Shown here one piece after another: positions 18,828 to 27,521 of a stretch of DNA of 41,710 bases. Below the pieces are notes generated by a model. The model saw only the letters and a list, made by a program, of their open reading frames with translations. It made no database searches and was not told the origin of the DNA. Every line of letters starts with the position of its first letter. Within the stretch, counting starts at the first letter, position 1. This stretch comes from a bacterium (GTDB lineage: Bacteria > Hinthialibacterota > Hinthialibacteria > Hinthialibacterales > Hinthialibacteraceae), in the NCBI GenBank assembly GCA_041946805.1, contig JBHGBC010000039.1, forward strand, positions 1-41,710. The letters are read 5' to 3'. The position numbers were made by a program, and so were the translations under genes.

Positions 18828-19511
18828 TTACTGAAAATCGGAAGGGACGAAGCCATTGAAATCACCGCGGAAAACACCATAATCCCCCCGGCTGAATGTT
18901 CCATTGGTGGGGCTGTAGACCACCACGGAATCGAGGGCGCTGTCCCCATAATAGGCATACAAACGCCGGCGGATGATGTTTTGCGACTCTTCCGGCAGAG
19001 GATAGAGGCTCAGCCAGGAATCCACGCGGTCCGGACCAATGCTGTAAATCCCGATGCCATCGATCCGGGGGATGTCTTCGCCAATGAAATCCCGGTAGTG
19101 GACATAAACGAAACCGGTGGGCTGCGCCCCTTCCCCATCCCGCAGGGAAACATCGGTGTCGAACTCGGTTTCCAGTTGATCGCTGGCGGGTTTGCGCTGG
19201 AAGGGATCGGGAATATCGATGGTGCTCAGGTATTGAAAGGAAAGCGGGCGAAGATCCTGCCGCGTGTCGTAGGCGGTGCTGGCGGGGTAAAATCCCCGGT
19301 CGAGCCGGAACAGATGCGTGGCATTGGCCAAGCCGGTCAGGTTCTGCTTGGAAATGGTGATGGTGGCCCGGATCTTCATTTCACTGAACCGGGGAACCGC
19401 AATCCCCGTTAAAATGCCGATAACAGCCAAAACCGTGAGCAGTTCCACAAGCGTGAAACCCTCCCTGTCAGGCCGGCGGCACGTAAGACCGATCCGAGTC
19501 CAAACCCCCAT
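18828..19511 (-). CDS. Prepilin-type N-terminal cleavage/methylation protein (pseudopilin G-like); start codon uncertain
   Basis: GFTLVELLTVLAVIGILTGIAVPRF, FRLDRGFYP, PDPF, YSIGPD, YSPTNGTFSRGD. Confidence 0.9.
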   Translation of the reverse strand: MGVWTRIGLTCRRPDREGFTLVELLTVLAVIGILTGIAVPRFSEMKIRATITISKQNLTGLANATHLFRLDRGFYPASTAYDTRQDLRPLSFQYLSTIDIPDPFQRKPASDQLETEFDTDVSLRDGEGAQPTGFVYVHYRDFIGEDIPRIDGIGIYSIGPDRVDSWLSLYPLPEESQNIIRRRLYAYYGDSALDSVVVYSPTNGTFSRGDYGVFRGDFNGFVPSDFQ

Positions 19512-19612
19512 TTTTTTAACCTGCCATATCATCCCATTTGATTCCTCTATTACTATATCAAGGAATGGAATTTGTGGCAAGCTTAATTTTTGAAGCTTTT
19601 TAGGCATACTAT

Positions 19613-20320
19613 GTGTCTATTATGTCAGAAAACATTAAAGGCCCAAGGATGATTGCCACCGCGAGAGAACCAGTGTCCTTGAGGGACGGCTCGGACTGGG
19701 ATGTTACGCCGGTAGAGGCGGATATCCCTCACATGGAGACGGAACTCTTGATGCTGAGGGTTCGAGAGGGGGACTCGCTGGCGTTGGAGGCGATTTTCGA
19801 CCGGTATTATTTTCGTGTGGTGGGCTTTATCCGGCGGTATGTCGACGAATCGGATGTGGAGGATGTCGCGCAGGAAGTATTCATGAACGTGTTCCAAAAA
19901 ATCGGCCAGATTCACGAAGCCGCGGCCTTCGAACGGTACCTTTTTCAATCCGCGAAAAACCGCAGCATCAACTGGCTGAAACGCAAAATCCGCCTGCGCG
20001 AATTGATGCAGATCTTCTGGTACGCCGCCGATACGTGGAAAGACACCCCCGGAGGCAGTGGAATCCAACGGCTGACCGCGCTGCAATCCCTCGTCGAATC
20101 GCTTCCCGCGGAACATCGGCGGTATATCGAAATGTTCTACATCCAAAAGCATTCCCGCTCGGAAATCGCGGCCCTCTGCCAGGAATCCTCCTCCACGGTG
20201 TACCGCCGGGTGGCCGCGGCGCGGGCGGCTTTGCTGGAACTCGCGGCCAAACAAAACCTCACTATCGTTTTCGAAGGCCGGCATGACATCAAAATTGAAG
20301 AAGCAACGGCGGATCGGTAA
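19613..20320 (+). CDS. ECF-type RNA polymerase sigma factor
   Basis: RVREGDSLALEAIFDRY, EDVAQEVFMNVF, FERYLFQSAKNRSINWLKR (region 2); SLPAEHR...SRSEIAAL...STVYRRVAAAR (region 4). Confidence 0.92.
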   Translation: MSIMSENIKGPRMIATAREPVSLRDGSDWDVTPVEADIPHMETELLMLRVREGDSLALEAIFDRYYFRVVGFIRRYVDESDVEDVAQEVFMNVFQKIGQIHEAAAFERYLFQSAKNRSINWLKRKIRLRELMQIFWYAADTWKDTPGGSGIQRLTALQSLVESLPAEHRRYIEMFYIQKHSRSEIAALCQESSSTVYRRVAAARAALLELAAKQNLTIVFEGRHDIKIEEATADR

Positions 20321-20323
20321 AAC

Positions 20324-21235
20324 ATGTTGAAACGACTCACAACGGAGACCCTTTCGTATTACCAGGACCGGTTGTTACCGGAGGAAGACCAGCAAGCCCT
20401 GGATGCGATCCTGGAATCGGATCCGGCGGAACGGCGGCGGCTGCGCCGGCTGGAAGAGTTGGACAATAACCTGTTGGAACTCGGGCGCTATACCCGGGTC
20501 CGACAGTCGGCCTTGGCGGCGGCCGTACCCCAAGCCATCGCCGATCATTCCCCACAGTCCGCCTCTTCTTTTTCCTTCTCGTGGATGGTTTTCCGTCCCG
20601 CGTTTTGGGCGCCGGCGGCGGCCGTGGCCGCCTTCGCGGTTTTCGTTTTCGGATATGCGCTGTGGTTTACACCCGGTGGCTTCACGATTCTGAAGCAGAC
20701 CGGTGATGTCCGGATCGTGGCGGCCCGTCCGGAAGCCGCGGGCCCCACGGTCCAAATCAACGACCGGATCGAAGTCAACCAAGGGTACATCGCTCTCCGG
20801 ATGGGGGATGGAGAGTCTTTTGTCGAAGTGGGACCTCAAACCCAGATCCAAATCCAAGGTCCGCGGCGTCTGCGTGTGGAAAGCGGCGTTGTCTGCAATC
20901 AGGTCGCCCGCGACGAGAGCCGTCCGTTCATCGTGGATACGCCTCACGGCTCCGTGGTGGTCCTGGGGACTGTGTTTGAGGTGCAGGTAGGTTCGCGGGA
21001 ATCGGAAGTCCGGGTAGGAAAAGGACTGGTCAAGCTGCAGGCGGGCGCGAGCGCGGCCGGCCCCAGCCAACTGGTGAAATCCGGTTGCCAGGCCATCCTG
21101 CGGACGGACGCCATCACCAATCCCGTGCCATTTGAAAAAACCCGCTTCGCCCCGTGGCGAGAGCCTTTCCGCGCCCAAAAGCTGGATACCCCCGACATCG
21201 CCAAAATCACTTCGGACAAAAAGTTCAATCCGTAA
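20324..21235 (+). CDS. FecR-domain anti-sigma factor
   Basis: N-terminal anti-sigma-like helices, one TM, then [21 protein letters not shown]...[10 protein letters not shown]; directly follows the ECF sigma. Confidence 0.88.
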   Translation: MLKRLTTETLSYYQDRLLPEEDQQALDAILESDPAERRRLRRLEELDNNLLELGRYTRVRQSALAAAVPQAIADHSPQSASSFSFSWMVFRPAFWAPAAAVAAFAVFVFGYALWFTPGGFTILKQTGDVRIVAARPEAAGPTVQINDRIEVNQGYIALRMGDGESFVEVGPQTQIQIQGPRRLRVESGVVCNQVARDESRPFIVDTPHGSVVVLGTVFEVQVGSRESEVRVGKGLVKLQAGASAAGPSQLVKSGCQAILRTDAITNPVPFEKTRFAPWREPFRAQKLDTPDIAKITSDKKFNP

Positions 21236-21239
21236 ACGT

Positions 21240-23537
21240 ATGCGTGACGTGTTTCCGGGTACTTGGCACTTGGGCTTTCTCGGTCTCCAGAGAGGTTTTG
21301 TACGCCTTTTTCCATTCCTCTTGGGGATTGTCCTAGCCATTCCCGGCGCTTTCGCGGTCCCCCCCCTAGTGGTCTCCGTGCAATCTCTCGTCCCGCTCGA
21401 AAATCTCTTGACCGGCATGGTGATTGAACCCGGCGGTTCCCTCTTGGTATTGGAACACGATTCCGGCGAATTATCCCGCCTCCGGCCGAACGCCACGGGG
21501 AATTCTGTCTCCATCGAAACCGTCACCTCCCGGCTGGCGGATCCCATCGCCCTGGTCCGGCAACTCAACGGCGGTATTCTCATCGCCGAACGCCGGTCCG
21601 GGCGGATTCTGCGCCTGGAAGGTACATCCCTCCAGGAAATGGCCCGGGATTTCATCGATATTTCCTCGATGCGCCTGGATTCCCAGGATTTTTTATGGAT
21701 CACCGAACTGGAACCGGGACGCCTCACGCGTTTCAATTTACTCAACAAGGCCCGCGACTTGATACTCGAAGGCTTGGAATTTCCTAGTGATGCGATTCCC
21801 ATGACCCGCTATTTCGCGGTTGCCGAACTCGTGGACCGCTCCGGATCCAAGGGCCGGATTTCGATCGGCGACATGCCAACCTCCAGCCAGCTGCTCCGAT
21901 TGAATCAGATATATCGCATGCTCTCCAAACAGCCGCAACTGGCCGTGCCGCCGGTCATCGAACAGATTGACCGGCGGAACCTGAAATCCGACTCCTCCCC
22001 GATTGATCCGGTCCGCATGGCCCTCGATCCCCGGGACTCCAACCGCCTGCTGATCAGCGTCCGCAACCTGGCCGGTAAATCCTTGCGCTACACCTTCGGC
22101 AGCGGCGGTATCCTGGGGATGGACATCAAAAAATCGAAAATCGACGAAACCTTTCTCCGGAATCTTTTCGGCCCCTCCGATATCATTCCCACCCCGGACG
22201 GCATCTATGTTCTGGAAGAAGTCGCGGAACGGATCTCGTTTTTCGATTGGCAGGGCAATCAGAAACTCCTGTGGGACGGATTGGGACGCCCCCTCAGTTT
22301 CACCTTCGCGGGCACGGGTGAAGTCTACGTCCTGGAAAACATCCCCGAACCCCGGATTCAAACCCTCGCACGGGGTAAATTTCAGGAATCACTCCTCGTG
22401 CAAACCAGCTCCCGGGGATCCTGCGCGGGAATCGCCCTGCGTCCGGACGGCGTTTTTCTGGTCTCCTCGGCGGAGGACGGGAAAATCTACGAAATCACTC
22501 CCAAAGGCAAATCCAATGTATTTTCCACTCAGGTGTTTTCCCCCGAAAAATTGCGGTTGAATCCCGATGGGACCGTCTGGGTCCTCGACCGCCTGATGAA
22601 TGAATTGGTTCTGCTCAACACCTTGGGCCAGGTGATATCCCGTGTAAGCGGACAGCCCTTTATGTTGAGCGATTTCGATCTCGGCGCGGACCGCCATGGC
22701 GATCCACCCACGCTCTACGCCTTCGACAGCCACGCCGGGATCATCTTGCGCTACCAGCCGGATGCCAACCAACTCGAGGAATTCATGAAACTCAAATCCA
22801 CTCAATCCGGCATCCGGCGCTCCTTCGCCTCCATTCCCCGCCAGGGTTTTGTCATCGCCCAGAACGATGAAGCCGGATCGCTGTCATGGACCGGCCAACC
22901 GGAGAACATTAACTCCAGCACCCCCTCCAACGAAACGGTACTGGCGAATGGCTTCCTGGAAATCACCGATATGGCCTGGAGCGTGGACCAGGGTTTGCAT
23001 GTCCTGTCGCAAAATGGCTGGTTTCGCGTGGTTTCGCTGAACACCGGGAGCACCAATCCCACGCCGACCCCCACCACGCCGACGCCCGCTTCTCCCACCT
23101 TCACTCCCACCTTGCCTCCACCGACGCCCACCGCCACGAGCACACCGGCCCCGTCCAACACTCCCACAGCCACTTCCACGGTGCGGCCGACGCCTACGGC
23201 GACCTTGTTTATTCCCACGCCCACCGAAACCGAGACGCCCACGCAGACGCCCACTCCAACCCGGACGCCCACCCCCACGCGGACTCCCACCCCCACGCGG
23301 ACTCCAACCGCCACGCCGACGGCCACATTTACGTATACCTACACCCCTACGTACACTTACACGCCAACCTTCACTTTCACCCCGACTTTCACCCCCACGC
23401 CCACTTGGACTCCCACCCCGACTCCGACCCCTACGCCCACACCTACCCGGACACCCACGCGGACTCCGACCGTCACGCCGACGGCCACCCCCACTCCCAA
23501 CGAAAACACTCCGGTCGGGGATTGGATTCTCTACTGA
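21240..23537 (+). CDS. Exported beta-propeller (NHL/SMP-30-like) protein with long Pro/Thr stalk and C-terminal TPVGDWILY tail
   Basis: Signal peptide; repeated LxxPxx blades (LADPIAL, LEFPSDA, LFGPSDI, LGRPLSF, VFSPEKL); ~150-aa TP repeat region. Confidence 0.8.
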   Translation: MRDVFPGTWHLGFLGLQRGFVRLFPFLLGIVLAIPGAFAVPPLVVSVQSLVPLENLLTGMVIEPGGSLLVLEHDSGELSRLRPNATGNSVSIETVTSRLADPIALVRQLNGGILIAERRSGRILRLEGTSLQEMARDFIDISSMRLDSQDFLWITELEPGRLTRFNLLNKARDLILEGLEFPSDAIPMTRYFAVAELVDRSGSKGRISIGDMPTSSQLLRLNQIYRMLSKQPQLAVPPVIEQIDRRNLKSDSSPIDPVRMALDPRDSNRLLISVRNLAGKSLRYTFGSGGILGMDIKKSKIDETFLRNLFGPSDIIPTPDGIYVLEEVAERISFFDWQGNQKLLWDGLGRPLSFTFAGTGEVYVLENIPEPRIQTLARGKFQESLLVQTSSRGSCAGIALRPDGVFLVSSAEDGKIYEITPKGKSNVFSTQVFSPEKLRLNPDGTVWVLDRLMNELVLLNTLGQVISRVSGQPFMLSDFDLGADRHGDPPTLYAFDSHAGIILRYQPDANQLEEFMKLKSTQSGIRRSFASIPRQGFVIAQNDEAGSLSWTGQPENINSSTPSNETVLANGFLEITDMAWSVDQGLHVLSQNGWFRVVSLNTGSTNPTPTPTTPTPASPTFTPTLPPPTPTATSTPAPSNTPTATSTVRPTPTATLFIPTPTETETPTQTPTPTRTPTPTRTPTPTRTPTATPTATFTYTYTPTYTYTPTFTFTPTFTPTPTWTPTPTPTPTPTPTRTPTRTPTVTPTATPTPNENTPVGDWILY
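23052..23498 (+). repeat. Low-complexity Pro/Thr coding repeat
   Basis: (TP)n, with near-exact 18-nt units ACCCCCACGCGGACTCC(C/A) around 23255-23310. Confidence 0.9.
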
Positions 23538-24289
23538 TGCAGCCGTGGATTTATGAAATCCTTATGTCATTGATGAACAGCAATTCCTGAAGCTTTCCCC
23601 CCGCGGTTCCTGTCTTTTCTTATGGGGGGTGAACAAGAGTGATGAGATACTTCAAACGGTGTATGGACAGAAAGGAGTCAAAAAAACTGGAATCCATTCA
23701 TTGACCTGATTTCACCAAGAGGGATGCCAAGCACCAGGCCTGACCAGGGGGGTCTCTTTGATTTGTTTGCTCATGTACAATGAAATCTGGAACGAAAGCA
23801 TAAAGTCCCCCTTTATCCTTCGACGAAGCAATTCCAGATCGACTGCGGGCCGGTGATGTTTTCCCTCCCGGCCTACTTTATTTTATTGACCGTCATCCCC
23901 TTTCCCGGGGATCCCTCCGCTCCGCCGGACGGTTCTCGAAACCCTCCTGAGCGATCCTTTCCGGAATCCGTTTTCTTGCTCCGGCAAGAGCGAATAATAA
24001 AATGTCACTTTTTTTTCCAAAATATGGTATAATAAGAATGTTTTATTGAAGCTTTTTATCCCAAAATCTTGTCTTACTTTAGTAAGTGTTTGTTCATTCA
24101 ATCAATCTTTCTGCTGAAAAGGGAGGGTGGACACAACAATCAAAGACAATCGTAACATCATTCCATTGAGGGACTTCGTGATAATCGGACAAGTACGAAG
24201 CAGGCGACGCCACATCCTCGCAGCGGATACTTATGTCTGTCTCTAGCCAAGGTTCGGGAGGCGGTACATAAAAAACAGGGGGAATCAAG

Positions 24290-27130
24290 ATGAAAAACCG
24301 AAAAGACCGGGATCACGCATTGATCCCACTCCTCATCATTCCGTTGATCGTAAGCGTGGGGCTCTCGTTCGCGCTCCCCGCACAAGCGGAAGAATCTCCG
24401 GCCGCCGTGCCGGCAGGATCGGCCATCGTCACGGACGATCTGGCGTCCAGCGCCGATTTAAGCGGCAGCGGCGATATCGATCTGCCCAACGCCCGCGCCT
24501 TGGTGGTGCGGTGGAATTTCGGCGCCTTGACCGCCAAGGATTACCATGTTTATGTCCTGGACGATCAGGTGGGGAAATTAGAATATCTAGGCCGCACCGG
24601 CGATGGCGTGACCACCTATCTGCTTTGGGAGGAAAACGCCAAGAACTTGGCGCCGGCTTACCGCAAAGGACCGCAATCCGGGCATTCTTACTTGTTCTAC
24701 ATCTTTGCCCTGTCTGGAAATGCGGCCAAACCGTTGCTCGGCTCGCTGGCCACGTCCGGCCCGGTCCTCTTCAAGACCGCCGATTCGTCCGGAGGCGAAA
24801 CTCCGCCGGAAATCCCCGCGAATCAAGTCGTGGTCACGGATGATATCGATTCCTACGTGGATCTCAGCAATGGTCAGGACACCGATTCCAAAAACAACCG
24901 GGAACTCGTGGTCCGGTGGAATTTCGGCGACGTGAAAGCGAAGGATTTCCACATCTACGTGGCCGAGGGTACACTCGCTTCCATTCAGTTCCTGGGCCGC
25001 ACGGGAAACGGCACCGCGAATTTTTTCCGCTGGCGGGAAAGCAGCCATTTCCTGGCCAAGATCTTCAATCCGGGCCCCCAGCCGGGACATTCGTACCGGT
25101 TCTTCGTCTTCGCTCTCACGAGCAATCCCAAGAAGCCGGCGGCGGGCCCCATCTTCAATGCGGGCCCGGTGGAATTTCTCGTCTCCGAGGATCCCACCCC
25201 CACGCCAGGCGGTATCAAACCCAACTCAGTCATAGTCACCGACGATCTTGGATCATTCGATGATCTCAGCAATGGCACAGATACCGATCCCATCACCGAG
25301 CGCCAGCTGGTAGTCAAGTGGAACTTCCCGGACGTGAAGGCGAAGGATTTTCACGTCTACGTGCTGGCCAACAACCAAGGCAAGGCCAAGTACCTGGGGC
25401 GCTCCGGCGGCGGGGACGTCAACCATTTTGACTGGCGGCAAGGTGGAACCCGCTTTATGGTGAATGAATTTAAAAACGGACCGCAGCCCAACACCAGCTA
25501 CCGTTTCTACGTGTTCATCTTCAACCAGTCCGGCCCCAAGGCGGTCTCCGGACCCTTCGCCACCGCCGGCCCGGTGTTCTTCCAGGTGGAGGAAACGGCC
25601 GTGACACCGACACCCACCCCGGAGCCGCCGGTGGAGATGGTCTGCGTAAAGCCGAGTGATCACTACCAAAAAGAGGTCATCGGATTGTCTCCCGTGATTC
25701 TAGGCGACATCGAGATTAAGGGCGCCCAGGTGGATACGAACCTCGGAAATAAAGAGACGATCCTCCTGGATGTCATCAATTGGGCGGGGGACGAAAACTT
25801 GGATGTGCTGGTCCCCTGGTCGGAAGACGGCGCATCCGAAAAAGCCCATATCCAGTTCAAGGACGGCTTTTGCGGCGGCCGGGGGCCGAAGGTGGCCGTG
25901 GTCACCATGAGTAGTCCCCAAAGCGCCACGTTCACCGCGCTGGATGAAAACGGGAAAAAACTGGATACAAAAGTATCCGGCAAAAAAGACCTGACTCCGG
26001 CTTCGGTCTCCATCCGGCTGACGGATAACGTCACTCCCGTGGAAAACATCACCCTCATCAGCAAGGCCGGCGAGAAAGGCATCCGGAAAATCGAAATCAA
26101 AGGTTCGGATGTGGGTATCCTGAGGATTTGTTGGGGCTGCGAGGGAAAAGAACCTGAACCCACGGTCACGCCCACGCCCACGCCGACCCAAACGCCGACA
26201 CCGGTTCCCACCATTTCCGTCACGGTGACGGATACCGGGCAAGAGAAGGATCTGACTGATCTCAGCAACAAGACCGACAAGGATCCGAATGAGCGGCGGG
26301 AGTTGGCGGTGCGTTGGTTCCTCAACGAACTCCAGGTGAAGGATTTCCACATCTATGTGATGGTGGACCAACAAGGCAAACCGCAATACCTGGGCCGCGC
26401 GGGATCGGATGATGCCAACCTCTTCGTCTGGAACAATCAAAACCGCATGGTGGCCGGCCCGTTCAAGCAAGGCCCGCAGTTCGGACATTCCTATCAGTTC
26501 TTCATCTATGTCCTGAAGTCCAAAGGCCCCAAGGCCTTCATTGGGCCGTACACCCACGCCGGACCCGTGAAGTTCGAGGAGGAAAATAACTCAACGAACA
26601 ACGGCGGCAACGGTGGAGATCAGCAAAACGGGGATGACGATGGGGAGGATGATTCCGATGACAACCAGGATTCCAACAACCCGGAAGACAATGGCCCCAT
26701 TGAAGCCGCGGTGGACATCAAACCCGGCGCCTGCCCCAACTACCTGAGCCCCAGCGACAAGGGGAATCTGGTGGTGGCGATCATGGGGACGGATACATTT
26801 GATGTCGCCAAGATCGATCCGGAATCCGTGATCCTGGCGGATGTCGCGCCGGTGAGTTGGAAAATCGAGGATGTGGGAGCCCCCAACGATCCCAACCTCC
26901 AGGTGACCGGCTGCGAGGCCTGCAACAAGAAAGAGCCCGACGGCAACGACGATCTCGTGTTCATCTTTGACGCGGCCAAGATCCTCAAGGCGCTCGGGAA
27001 TGTCAAAAAGTCGGATTGCGTGAAACTGGAGCTCCATGGAAAACTCGCCGGCGGGAACGGCGCGGAAATCCAGGGAGTGGATTACGTCAGCATCAGCAAC
27101 AAAGGCACGGTTGTAGTCGGCAAGAAATAA
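24290..27130 (+). CDS. Large exported protein with four ~125-aa repeats and a C-terminal DIKPG-type domain
   Basis: Signal peptide; 4x VTD(D)...DLS...D.D...R.L.V.W...KD(F/Y)H.YV...LGR.G...W...GPQ...SY.F...GPV.F; TP linkers; acidic N/D linker; VDIKPGACPN...VVAIMG...DLVFIF. Confidence 0.85.
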   Translation: MKNRKDRDHALIPLLIIPLIVSVGLSFALPAQAEESPAAVPAGSAIVTDDLASSADLSGSGDIDLPNARALVVRWNFGALTAKDYHVYVLDDQVGKLEYLGRTGDGVTTYLLWEENAKNLAPAYRKGPQSGHSYLFYIFALSGNAAKPLLGSLATSGPVLFKTADSSGGETPPEIPANQVVVTDDIDSYVDLSNGQDTDSKNNRELVVRWNFGDVKAKDFHIYVAEGTLASIQFLGRTGNGTANFFRWRESSHFLAKIFNPGPQPGHSYRFFVFALTSNPKKPAAGPIFNAGPVEFLVSEDPTPTPGGIKPNSVIVTDDLGSFDDLSNGTDTDPITERQLVVKWNFPDVKAKDFHVYVLANNQGKAKYLGRSGGGDVNHFDWRQGGTRFMVNEFKNGPQPNTSYRFYVFIFNQSGPKAVSGPFATAGPVFFQVEETAVTPTPTPEPPVEMVCVKPSDHYQKEVIGLSPVILGDIEIKGAQVDTNLGNKETILLDVINWAGDENLDVLVPWSEDGASEKAHIQFKDGFCGGRGPKVAVVTMSSPQSATFTALDENGKKLDTKVSGKKDLTPASVSIRLTDNVTPVENITLISKAGEKGIRKIEIKGSDVGILRICWGCEGKEPEPTVTPTPTPTQTPTPVPTISVTVTDTGQEKDLTDLSNKTDKDPNERRELAVRWFLNELQVKDFHIYVMVDQQGKPQYLGRAGSDDANLFVWNNQNRMVAGPFKQGPQFGHSYQFFIYVLKSKGPKAFIGPYTHAGPVKFEEENNSTNNGGNGGDQQNGDDDGEDDSDDNQDSNNPEDNGPIEAAVDIKPGACPNYLSPSDKGNLVVAIMGTDTFDVAKIDPESVILADVAPVSWKIEDVGAPNDPNLQVTGCEACNKKEPDGNDDLVFIFDAAKILKALGNVKKSDCVKLELHGKLAGGNGAEIQGVDYVSISNKGTVVVGKK

Positions 27131-27160
27131 ACCTTGGATGAGTTGAACGATCCAGGTACG

Positions 27161-27203
27161 GGGGCGTCCTTTTCCGTGGGGGGATGAAGAGGACGCCCCT
27201 TTT
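27161..27203 (+). terminator. Probable intrinsic terminator
   Basis: GGGGCGTCCT / AGGACGCCCC 10-bp stem followed by TTTT, 30 bp after the stop codon; loop is large. Confidence 0.6.
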
Positions 27204-27339
27204 CATTTTGATTGGTCCGGCATATCGCAGGTTACGTAAAGATGTCATCCCCGTGAAATCGGGGTTCCTGGATGAGGTGGTATTCCCCACCCGGCTTGGG
27301 AAGAAAAATCAAACGTAATTACCGCTGATATCAGGCTTT

Positions 27340-27372
27340 CCCTCACCCTTTCCCTCTCCCAGAGGGAGAGGG
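27340..27372 (+). repeat. REP-like hairpin family A, copy 5, within a ~90-bp unit (27331-27423) related to 38692-38783
   Basis: CCCTCACCCTTTCCCTCTCCCAGAGGGAGAGGG followed by AAT..ATTACT.TAT.CG.GGC.ATCCC.GG shared with copy 7. Confidence 0.88.
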
Positions 27373-27521
27373 AATAAAATTACTGTATCCGGGGCAATCC
27401 CAGGGTATACTCCCGGGTTTTGCGGCGTTTGCGTTCAAAAAACATGATCAATCAGTGGCTACGAAAACTCAACAGAATCGAGGGGAAGGGAAAGGATTTC
27501 CTCCAGCGCGCTCTTCACCGC

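Noticed and set aside
23052..23498. Tandem short repeats that could be taken for a CRISPR array or VNTR
   Set aside because: In-frame Pro/Thr codons with variable third positions; no constant repeat with unique spacers and no cas genes
24127..24246. 39-codon GTG-start ORF in the leader of the repeat protein
   Set aside because: RBS is too close to the start codon and the peptide has no recognisable features
27314..27463. Possible IS66-like TIR pair around family A copy 5
   Set aside because: Match is short and gapped and there is no target duplication
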